DNA of 64,000 nucleotides from Lingula anatina (taxonomy: Eukaryota; Animalia; Brachiopoda): NCBI GenBank assembly GCA_051362555.1, contig CM120644.1:10052954-10116953 (forward strand), read 5' to 3'. The notes beneath the pieces are model-generated. The model was not told the DNA's origin. It ran no database searches and saw only the letters and a program-made list of their open reading frames with translations. Below, in pieces: positions 24,924 through 34,939 of this stretch (positions are counted from its first letter, which is position 1; every line of letters begins with the position of its first letter). Both the position numbers and the translations under genes were made by a program.

Positions 24924-27066
24924 ATGGCTTCAGCCGCTCTCACGCCAGAGGTGATTCGACGTTTTCACGAGGACGGCGCTGTGTGCTTGCGCGGGGTGTT
25001 TTCTCAAGAATGGATCCAAAAGGTGACAGAAGGGATTGCAGCAAATATGGCACAACCAAGTAAGGTAGGGGAAAGGCTGAAAGCACCGGGAGACGAAGGA
25101 GTGTATTTCCAAGATCTGTTCAACTGGCAGAGGATTCCTCAGTTCAAAGATTTTGTAAAGGGGTCGCCGGCGGCCGAGATAGCCGGCACTTTAATGCAAT
25201 CCAAGGTGAGACGATAATTTCGAGATATCTCCGTCGCCAAATTTTTTCTCGAATGATTTCACAAGCAAATTAGGGTTATATAAGTCAAAAACGCATTTCG
25301 TTTGCTCCCTCCCCTCCCTTGCCGTCAATTAAGGTACCTTATAAACAGGCACATTATATATGCAAGAGCACTAAAATAAACAAAATTTAACTTATTGCAT
25401 AACTATTTGCTTACCTATGACCTGCACCGTTTCAGAAAGCTACATTTTACTACGAACACGTGCTGTGTAAGGAACCCGGCGCCCACAAAGAGACTCCCTG
25501 GCACCAAGACCAACCCTATTACCCTGTGGACGGCTTCAAGGTGAGCATCAAGATCATGATATGTGCGCCAGTGTCAAATTATTTTGCATCAAAATCAGCC
25601 TTGCTTAACTGTCACCCAAACCAACAAGGAGCAATGGCACTTTCGTGCACTTGAAACTCGTATAGAATTTTCATTGTTTCATTGTTTTCAATCTTTAGAA
25701 CTGCTCCATATGGCTGCCAATAGACCCCGTTCCCATGGAAACCACTCTTCAGTTCGTGAAGGGGTCACACCGCTGGGGACGATGGTTTATTCCAAAGAAG
25801 TTCGCCACGGCAAACAACTACGACATCGTCAGGGCAGAGACGTGTGGAGACAGGGCCTACGAGAATGCGCCAGATGTGAACAATGCGGTAGAGAAGTACG
25901 AGATATTAAAATGGGCGGTGGAGGTACGTCACATTTTCTCATATTGCAAGACTAGTTTTCGGTGAAATGTTGAAGGTTATTAGCTGGTGTTAAAGTGTAT
26001 GAATATGTGAAAGTTGAATATCATTTGGAAAGTTGCTACGCGGAGTAAGACTTATGGCGTGCGAGCAAATTCTATCAAATTGCTATTAGATTGACGACGA
26101 CTTGGAGCTTCAAACATGTATTCATCTTCTGTGTCTTTCTACAGAAATTCAAGGACGAAGTTTAGTTTACAAAACCACTTGCCACTTAGTCGGGACCTGA
26201 ATCGGTTTGAGTTTATCTGCTTCTCTGAATTTAACATTGACTTAAAATATCCTCTTGAATTCCATTGCGTTTTCACTTCGAATTCGTTTTATAGCCTCTT
26301 GTCTAGCAAGGGCAGCAGACGCATTGTCAATGTTCAATGTATTAAGGATGCTACGAACCTTTAGATATTAGTACATTATATCTAAAAGATACCAACATTT
26401 GATATGCAGACCATAGTTCTTTTAAGCCATCATCATTTACGCCATCATCTCCAAAAGTGCAAGTAAGACCAAGGTGCATCTGGAATTACCATTTATTTTG
26501 TACTAAGATAGAACTTGAGCTGTTTTCCATATCACAACATACTTGTAATGTATTTTCCAGCCTGGTGACTGCGTCGTGTTCCATATGCTAACATTACACG
26601 GTGCTCCGGGCAACTCATCCGAGACGCTGCCACGCCGTGTGTTATCCACAAGATGGTTAGGTACGAGAATCTATAGCATTTCCCTGTTATTGGTCATTTT
26701 CACTACATACGCTCATGTTTTACTTTTTTATATTGATTTGGCCATGTCTTATATATATATTGGACACGAAGCTTTTTAAAGCTATTTAAAACTTTTTAAA
26801 GCTTTTTAAAGCTAGTTAAAACTATTAAAATAGTGCGCGATAGCTAGTACGATAGCTCCATTGTGAGCACACCCTTAGCCACTTTTTTCTATCGATCTGT
26901 ACATACACCCCTGCATGAGAACATAATATTTAAACATTCATTTATAACAGGAGATGACTGTGTGTATGTCCAGAGACCCTGGGACAGCCCGGTGCCAGTG
27001 CTGGGAGAACTGACCAGTGGTCAACACATGGCTGACACCTTCCCAACAATGTGGAGAGCGGGATAA
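24924..27066 (+). CDS. PhyH-family Fe(II)/2-oxoglutarate dioxygenase, paralog 2 (5 exons, 275 aa)
   Basis: Exons 24924-25205, 25436-25540, 25699-25923, 26561-26660, 26951-27066 (828 nt); intron positions identical to paralog 1. Motifs PWHQDQ, FVKGSH, FHMLTLHG, RRVLS. Confidence 0.92.
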
Positions 27067-27385
27067 GCTTTTGACGGACACCTTTTACGACATTGTGGAC
27101 GGCGTAATAAGTTTCTGACGGACACCTTTACGACATTGTGGACAGCGGGATTATGCTTTTGACGGACACCTTTACGACATTGTGGACAGCGGGATTATGC
27201 TTTTGACGGACACCTTTACGACATTGTGGACAGCGGAATATTATGCTTTTGACGGATACCTTTACGACATTGTGGACAGCGGGATTATGCTTTTGACGGA
27301 CACCTTTACGACATTGTGGACAGCGGAATTATGCTTTTGACGGACAACTGTACATTGTGGACATCGGATAACCATTGTGGAGTTG
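27034..27385 (+). repeat. ~44-bp tandem repeat (about 8 units) derived from the PhyH-2 CDS end
   Basis: Unit GACACCTTTACGACATTGTGGACAGCGGGATTATGCTTTTGACG; the first unit is the last codons plus stop (GACACCTTCCCAACAATGTGGAGAGCGGGATAAGCTTTTGACG). Confidence 0.9.
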
Positions 27386-28397
27386 AATGAATAATTAAAA
27401 GACACAATATTGTAACAAAAGCAAGCTTTATAGGACTTATACTTGTAACATGTCCAGTCCATATTTTTCATATTTTAACTGATTAAATGTTTGTACATAT
27501 GCTGGAGATTTGGCGCCTCTTTCGAGATTTCAGGATAAAACGAAACGCCAAAGGAGCGACACAATTCATCTGGAAAAGCATGCTTGACTGAAATATAGTA
27601 GTATCTGTTTCTCTGAATATAATTGAAAGGAATATGAAAAGAATAGCAGACTACATAACCTTCTCAGTCCACCTGAGAATAGTATAATAAGTTGACTCAG
27701 CTAAAGAAAGAAAATAAACATGGCTTAAGGGATTTGCATGCATTGTGGAAGTGTCACGTCCGATAGTTCAAAGTTCGAAAATCAAAACCTTCTGAATGAA
27801 CGCTAGACAGGTATAGTAGAATTTAATTTTCCGGAAAACGCTAGCACTATTTTCCTTAGACTTCAATATAAGGTAGGCCTGAACCAAACCGAAACTTGTT
27901 GTTCTCAGAATTGCGATCCACATGGTCGCGTTTGACATTTTAATTCGTATTCATATTTAATCTCGTTGTATGGATTGAGACTCACATATTTTACACATGG
28001 CAGTGAAATGTAATTATTTAAGCATCGAACTCGACTTTCTGATCTATTTTTCTCAACTGTCTTTGAGAGAGTCTCCCCTGGTAATAATTGACAGGTTCCT
28101 GATATTTCTTGAAAAATTAATAATTTTGTCATACAAAGATATAACACCTTGTATGCCTGTAAGGTGATTAGCAGAAACCGGGCATACCTTAAGCAAAAAC
28201 CGGGCATACCTAAAGTTATGGCCTAGCATTGCGAAACATACGGGCCGGGAGCTTATTGTGAGCTGAGCTGATATATCAATGCCAACAGGTGTATTCCCAT
28301 TGGTGTGATTTTAAAGCGATATAACGTAAATCTGTGATATTCCCCAGACTGGAAAGCACTATCTTGAAACTAGGCTACATATGAGTAATGTAAACAA

Positions 28398-28772
28398 GGC
28401 CCCTATTCCACAGCAACTATGAATTCCACGAACTGCCAGGAATTGAAAAAAATTAGAAATCGGCAAGGAATCGTGGAATTCTGTACATTCTGGTAGAAAT
28501 CCTGCCCCTATAGGATTCAGTTACAAATTCGTTAAGATAGAATTAAGAATATGCCAATAGTTAACCAAGATTTTTTGTATTCGGGAGTTCGGGATCAAAA
28601 ATTTGAACTGCTCAAAACTTTTTTCCGATTCCATGATCTCTCAAGAACTTACTGAGAAGCAATAAGAATCACTTAAGAACTAAAATAATTTATTACGATT
28701 ACACTATGAGCCTTGGAATTTATCAATTCCTAACGGTTCGTGGATTTTCCTAGTCAGTGTGGAATAGGGACA
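28398..28772. mobile_element. MITE-like element with TIRs (Harbinger-like ends)
   Basis: GCCCCTATTCCACA...AATTCCACGAAC..AGGAATTG versus CAATTCCT..GTTCGTGGATTT...TGTGGAATAGGGAC; TSD not clear. Confidence 0.6.
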
Positions 28773-28824
28773 TACATGATAGTCTGGTTTGACAAACAAG
28801 CTCTTTGTTTTTAACTGGAGAGAT

Positions 28825-28945
28825 TGCCACCACCACCGTCACCGTCACCGCCACTGCCACCAACACCGCCATTGCCACTGCCACCGCCACCAACACCGTC
28901 ACCGCTACCGCCACCAACATCGTCACCGCCAACGCCACCGCCAAG
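28825..28945. repeat. Low-complexity (CAC/CGY)n repeat
   Basis: Direct reading; lies just 3' of the methyltransferase stop. Confidence 0.85.
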
Positions 28946-28998
28946 TCTATCCGCAACTTTATGATCTAATGTTGTGAATTCAAGTTATCTTTAGCAAA

Positions 28999-30150
28999 TT
29001 ATTCCCTTTCAACTTTTTTTATCGTTATATAATATTCTTTTATTGGAAAACACCACATTCCTTTACTGTCGCGGTAAAGACCGTGTTTGTAGCCTTCACT
29101 CTTCGCGTAATCTATACAGAACTGCAAAACGCGAACATCGAACGGAGATTGATCGGCCCACAGCCCGTGTAGACAAGGTACAGATGCAGAGGCCCCAACT
29201 TCCTCTATGGTTGAGAGGACATTGAGATATGTAACTTCTTCACAGTGCATCTTGGCCGTGAACATTGGAAACGACGTATTCAGTACTTCGACGATACCAC
29301 CTTCGAATAATTGCTTTCGGAAGACTTCGTACTTAATCTTAAAATTCTCTTTCGTATTTGGGAACAGGCTCTCTAAACACTTCAACGAGACGGCCCCTAT
29401 TAAAACCTCGTCATGGCCAGCCATATGAATAACCATCTCTCCTCCTGGTTTGAGGATGGTGTACATTGCAGAGGCAGCTTGTTTGAGGTTCTTCTGTGGG
29501 TCCATGTCTTGATCGAAAATGTTAATTGCATGATACAGAACGTGCAATGCCAGCACTCTGTCCTGCAACCGTTCTGGATACGCTTTCATGGCTCTCAGGT
29601 CTTCTACTGAACGCCCATAGTAATCCTGAATAGGTCCAGAGTAGACAATGTCCAGACACGCGTTGCTCAAGCTTTCGATGGTTGTGACGTACTGTTTAAG
29701 ATATTCTTCGTATGGTTCTTCAACGCTGACGATGGCTTGTTTTTGAAAGGCTTCCATTCTTCTGCAAATGGTCTCCAACTGCGTTCCTGTACCACCGCCG
29801 AACTCCATGATGCGGGCTGGCGAGGGAAGTTGTGGTAGATTAAGTATGTCACAAAGAGTATTGTGATGGCACGTCCCTTTACTAGTATTTAAGCTTCCGT
29901 TTTTAATTCTACATGGAAAGAAAAAATAATAATGTGATTGATTTTAGCTGAAAGTACATGTACCAGATCTCTATGATCGATAAATACTCCCAAAACATTA
30001 ATTAATTTATTGTTTTGGATCAACCTACCCTTTTCTCAAAATAGAAAATGCTCCGTAGTACGCTTGTGAGAAGGTAAAACACCTGAATTCATCAAGCAAT
30101 TTACACTTCATATCTTGCTCCTCAGAAGAATCTTTTGTCGTGTCGACCAT
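28999..30150 (-). CDS. Class I SAM-dependent methyltransferase (histamine N-methyltransferase-like small-molecule MTase; 2 exons, ~343 aa)
   Basis: Predicted exons 30150-30029 (MVDTT...YYGAFSILRKG) and 29908-28999, joined in phase by a GT-AG intron. Motif I RIMEFGGGTG, motif II VSVEEP, LALHVLYH, ILKPGGEMVI. HNMT-like assignment is from motif resemblance only. Confidence 0.8.
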
Positions 30151-30189
30151 CGTCAGGCAAGTTAATATATACCGAATGGTAAGACGGGA

Positions 30190-31014
30190 CAGCCCGGGAG
30201 CCACCGGCTCATATGACGGTTATTTAGGAAAATATTAGATTTGGCCTCGTTTTCAAAACGGAAGCGGAAATTGATTACGTAAACTCCACATATAAGATAT
30301 AACACGCGCATAAAGTTAAACTACTACATTACTTCCTTCCCCACCTTGAATTACTTTTACCTGGGGTACCTTTGCACTGTGTCTGACAGTCTTTCACAAA
30401 AGTCAACTTGTGAATCACATGTAACTGTTATTGAAACTGTAAAACATTAGCAGTCACTGATGAATTATTGATCCACTGATTACCGATTCTTGTATAAAAT
30501 CAATTAAAATATAGCACTGTTATTGTCTTTTTTTTTTTTTTTTTGAATACAAACTTGAAATTTTAAATGTTGTTCTAATAATAAATTGTTAGAATATAGC
30601 ACTGTTATTGTCTTTTTTTTTTTTTTTAATACAAACTTGAAATTTTAAATGTTGTTCTAACAAATCAATGTCTCTTAAAACAGGTGATTAGAGTCCTGCA
30701 CTTTGCAGTATCTTGTGATCTTAGTGTTGGTTACATCCCTATACTTCCCCGCACCGATACTCTCGGGCCCGCACCGATACTCCCCCGCAGTATTGATGCG
30801 GGGAAGCAATGATGTGGGGGAGTAACGGTGCGGGGAAGTTTTAGTGCGGGAATGTACCGGTGCGGGGTCGTATTAATGCGAATATAATACAAGAATTTAC
30901 TAAGGGGGGTTATCGGTGCGTGGGAGTATCGGTGGGGGGAGTAACGGTGCTGGGGAGTATCGACATGACACCGGTTAAAAGCTACCTAAAGGCAGACCGG
31001 TGGCTCCCGGGCTG
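30190..31014. mobile_element. TIR element 40 bp upstream of the methyltransferase ATG, with a nested foldback element
   Basis: Perfect 18-bp TIR CAGCCCGGGAGCCACCGG / CCGGTGGCTCCCGGGCTG. Internal ~85-bp direct duplication (30509-30660). Nested element ~30728-30974 with inverted GCACCGATACTCCC subrepeats. Confidence 0.7.
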
Positions 31015-31731
31015 AACGTTTACATGGTTTTGTTCCAATTTCAATTCTTTAGAACAAGGTCAGACCTACTTCCAGTTTCGCCTGCATATACCTGCATGGA
31101 TTGCAGTGTTTTTTTGCTCGACACGCGGATGAATATGTTATTTTAATAAACATTACATCCTGAAAGTGGGAAAAATATGCCACGATCGGTTTATTATCTG
31201 CGCCCCTTGATCCAATATTAAAGTTTAGCAGCCAGCACAAATATTTTCAAAAACATACACATTGAAGCCAGGCTACAGTTCAATAATTGTTTTTACAATT
31301 TTAGTAAGTTTTTCAATGTTGACGTACTTCTCGACTCTATTCCTGAAGGGCGAGTGGCTGCACAGACAACTAGAACAGAAATATACTTCACTCAGACACT
31401 TGAATATATTTTCTATTCGTCACAGATAGAATCTGAGTCAGGAGTATAGCAGAAAAAAGCGCATGCAGTGTGTACCCTTGAAATATATAATTCCTTAAGG
31501 AGTCAAACAGTTTGGAAAAATGCCGCCTGATCATGCAAAAAGCCATTTTACGATATTTTATATAATTACATATCTATTATTATTTATACAAATATTCGTA
31601 TCATTTATATCATGTTTACATTACCAATTTTTTCAAAAGTGCAGATTAAATAGCTGAAGAGCTGAATGTAATGTGAGGTCAGCATGACGTCACAATGTTG
31701 GGGCTATGATGTCATTCTGACGTCACAACTT

Positions 31732-32115
31732 TTAATGTGGTTCTGACGTGGTGACATCAGGATTGCTACCGTCACTCGAGGTCCTACTAGTACTCAAAGA
31801 TCTGTTTCTATTTGAGGAGGTAGCTGAAACTTGAGGTTTTCCAGATAGTTTTTGGGGACTTTTCACAACAGTTCCTGGTTCTACAGTTATGTTCCATGTT
31901 TTGTCATCAAACATGATGCTGTTAACGTCACAAGGCCTGACGTCATAATGAACAGCCCTCCATTTCACTTCCCCGTATGCTGCACAGCTGTTTTCGACGT
32001 ATAGGAGAAGCGAGAGAGGCTTGTCTTTGTGGAGCTCAATGTTGTGTATTATGGCGTCAAGGACGATGGGAAACTTCCGGTAGCAGTGATAGCAGCGTGC
32101 GCGGCTCCCGGACAT
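31732..32115 (-). CDS. Possible exon/ORF with a C2H2-type zinc-finger pattern (127 aa), perhaps TE-derived
   Basis: C-x2-C-x12-H-x4-H (CYHC YRKFPIVLDAII H NIEL H); TTTCAG acceptor just before the ATG; Ser/Thr-rich tail. Confidence 0.4.
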   Translation of the reverse strand: MSGSRARCYHCYRKFPIVLDAIIHNIELHKDKPLSLLLYVENSCAAYGEVKWRAVHYDVRPCDVNSIMFDDKTWNITVEPGTVVKSPQKLSGKPQVSATSSNRNRSLSTSRTSSDGSNPDVTTSEPH

Positions 32116-32456
32116 ATCTGAAATAAACGAATAGCTTTAAATTCCAAATTTTTCATTAGGGAACATACTTCTAATGTGATCGAGATACATTTTAACGGAA
32201 AATTTCAGTTCAGTAAATCGTCACTTTTAAAATGTATTAATAAAGGCTTCTGGTTTTGGGAAACCTGTCTTTTTTATTTACAAATGGCTTGCTCGGAAGT
32301 AATTCACAAGTAACCAAGTTCAATTCTTTCGAGAATAAAATAAACTAGAAAAAATATTAAGGTCATTCAAAATGTACTACATCAATGCCAGGATATGTTT
32401 AAAATTTATGAAATAGATACATGTATGTAGAATTTAAAGTCTGTAATATTCAGATA

Positions 32457-32631
32457 GGCCCCATTCAGAATAGGGGACTTACTAGTCCGAGGGTCAAATA
32501 TAGCGATCCACAACAAAGCTTGCCGTTTAATCTTATAATAGACACTGAATAGATATTCTGTGGGGAAGTATTCAAGGGCGTCGGCCATATCTGAACCTTA
32601 GACTAGTTAGCCCCCTATTCTGAATGGGACC
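32457..32631. mobile_element. MITE family B
   Basis: TIR GGCCCCATTCAGAATAGGGG / CCCCTATTCTGAATGGGACC; ATA TSD; homologous to 24264-24427. Confidence 0.8.
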
Positions 32632-33995
32632 ATAGAGACAGCAAACATGCACAGCCCATGCAATGATATTGATGGTACAACCAATACTGTTGTTAGGCAG
32701 TCTGACCACACCGCCGACAGCCCGAGACAAAGAGATTATATTTGTTAACTATTGCCGCCATAAACGACAAGAAGAGGCAAAGTATGCTTATGTGATATAA
32801 GAGATTTCAGGACCTCTACCCGTTGGTCAGAGGATGGAGAACAACAAGAACGGACATTTGGAGAGATGTCCGAGTTTGACGGTGACACAGTAAGGCCAAC
32901 TTATATATATTCCTGTAAGATGAACAGCCCTTCTTCGAGGATAATCTCATGAGAGTAGCGTGGACGAAAGTCGGATTTGACAGTGAATCGAACGAATTTG
33001 ACAAATTTAAGTAACATTAAAGATATATATGTTAGCTTATCGTGACATAAAATCAACAAGCAACTGCAATTTTGCCGGGATGCAGGGACGTGTCTTACAT
33101 TATAGTCTATAAACTGACAAATGTACATGTATCTTACATTTACTGTTGCGCACACGGCGATACGTGCGTTTGCGCATCACATATTTTCTAATTGTTTTTA
33201 ATTAGTTATCCATAAATCATGTGAGAGAGTGAATATCAAGAGAGCATAAGCTCTCTATTGGTCAATGAGTTGAGTACTGTTTGCAGTACTCTTCTGTAGG
33301 TCGCGTGTTCTCGCCCTAGTCGTCCAGAGAAGCCGGTGCTCTAGGCAGGGCTTACCGCGGCGTGTAGCACTATTGCCAATAAACCATTTTTGATCCCAGC
33401 TACATTAACTAGATCTTACTAGGCTTTATTTGTACTGTATGCGCATTGAACATTTATCCATTTATGCAGACGATATAACTATTTAAAACCGATAACATAA
33501 GTACGAATTTGTTTTATATTGTAAATATGGTTATTACCTTTCACGTTACATGACATGACACGTGATGAGCACTAATTCCATTTCAAACTTAAACGATCAG
33601 CATATATGTTACATACAGGGATGCATTTAAGTTTAAAACAACTAAAATCCAATAAACTATTACTCTCACGCTACTTCCATCATAAAATAATCAGGTTGAA
33701 CTATAATAAAGATATCTATGGTCATATGTTTCGATCCCCCACCAACATTTCGCACCCCGGACCTTCATCGCCGCCATTAACTGCCACCTGAATCAGACAT
33801 TCTCTTTTCCATGCTTTTCCATCATATTTAATTCAATACCAGTTAATGGATTCCCGTATACGTGTATGAGTTCCGCAAAAACAATTCCCTGAATAGTTTA
33901 ACATCACTGTTTTACCTCTAGTTCCCAACAAATGCCTCAAAGTTTCATACTGCGACACCTGCCATATAAATAGCTTCGGCGAGAGTTATTTACAG

Positions 33996-34103
33996 GTAAA
34001 CGAACATGAATTAATTTTTTGAAAAAGTGAAATTAATCCTCGATTTCTACGTAATTGTCAGAAATTGTTTTCAAACGTTCAAATGCATATGTAAATCTTC
34101 CAG
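33996..34103 (+). other. Predicted 5'-UTR intron of EF-hand copy 7 (conserved in paralogs)
   Basis: CAG|GTAAAC...CTTCCAG|ATCTAAGGACAGTAAAC-ATG; the same AG|GTAA donor and AG|ATC acceptor occur in copies 2, 3, 5 and 6. Confidence 0.65.
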
Positions 34104-34120
34104 ATCTAAGGACAGTAAAC

Positions 34121-34477
34121 ATGCACGGCACTACAGTGGCAATGATATTGATGGTTCAGACGGCACTGTTTATGGGCGGTAAGACCTCACCACCGATAAG
34201 AAGAGACAAAGTTTGTACGTATGATTTATCTGGAGCAAATTCTCATTGTTTAGAGAAAATTGCACTCTGGTTTGACAAAATGGACTTTAACGATGACGGC
34301 CAGTTGAACCCAAATGAGTATTACGCTATGGCAGAGTGGTTAATCATGTCGTCGCCGACCGTGTTTGATGTCATGAACAATGTATGGACTCAGTTGGGAT
34401 TTGGAGATTATGTGTTCAATATCGACACATTCGTTGACTGTTTTAAATGTCTGTTAGTAGAAATATTTGAAGAATAA
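34121..34477 (+). CDS. Secreted Cys-containing EF-hand protein, copy 7 (118 aa, intact, inverted orientation)
   Basis: MHGTTVAMILMVQTALFMGG; PPIRR-D; EF loop DFNDDGQLNPNE; CFKC. Flanks are inverted homologs of the flanks of copies 2-6. Confidence 0.8.
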   Translation: MHGTTVAMILMVQTALFMGGKTSPPIRRDKVCTYDLSGANSHCLEKIALWFDKMDFNDDGQLNPNEYYAMAEWLIMSSPTVFDVMNNVWTQLGFGDYVFNIDTFVDCFKCLLVEIFEE

Positions 34478-34719
34478 GCAACTATCAGCTGGAATAGACG
34501 GACGTGTCTGACATCGTATTGGGAACTTTCCAACGTGTATTGTTACCCGACTACTAGTAGGCTACGTTCTGTACATATCCGCATACAAGTGCTACATTCG
34601 GTTAAATTTTTAAATTGATTTTAATTTTGTTTTAAGATCCAGAGGGACGAGTTCGCTTATGCATGAAATGATAATCGACCGTGGGTGGGACAATTTCTAT
34701 GATGTTAATTTTAAGTTAA

Positions 34720-34939
34720 AACCCGCTTCACACTGGACGGAGTCCTTTCTGCGTCCTTTTTGCGACCATGTAACTGGCATCGACATGGTCTTAGAGAAGA
34801 GACACAAGCATCGCTTTGGCTGCAGATTGAATGTACAATGATAAGCAAGTTGTCGGCACAGAAGTAATAGTTTTATTTGCTCTCAAACGGGGCCGTACTA
34901 CCGGACGCAGAAAGGACGCCGTCCAGTGTGAAGGGGGCT
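34720..34939. mobile_element. Harbinger-like MITE (220 bp)
   Basis: TIR ..CCGCTTCACACTGGACGG.GTCCTTTCTGCGTCC / GGACGCAGAAAGGAC.CCGTCCAGTGTGAAGGGGG; TAA TSD. Absent from the paralogous block at ~14930. Confidence 0.8.

Noticed and set aside
10273-27066. Bioluminescence cluster (EF-hand photoproteins plus coelenterazine-forming oxidase)
   Set aside because: Aequorin-type photoproteins are ~190-aa cytosolic proteins with three Ca loops; these are ~120 aa with a signal-like N-terminus and one canonical loop. The dioxygenases are PhyH-type and lack a C-terminal FYY.
27034-27385. CRISPR-like array
   Set aside because: Head-to-tail repeats with no unique spacers, eukaryotic context, no cas genes. 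The same applies to the 74-bp and 146-bp arrays.
28750-28977. His/Arg-rich and Val/Ala-rich ORFs (metal-binding peptide or signal peptide)
   Set aside because: Both are translations of a CAC/CGY low-complexity repeat; no ATG start or splice support for the His-rich frame.
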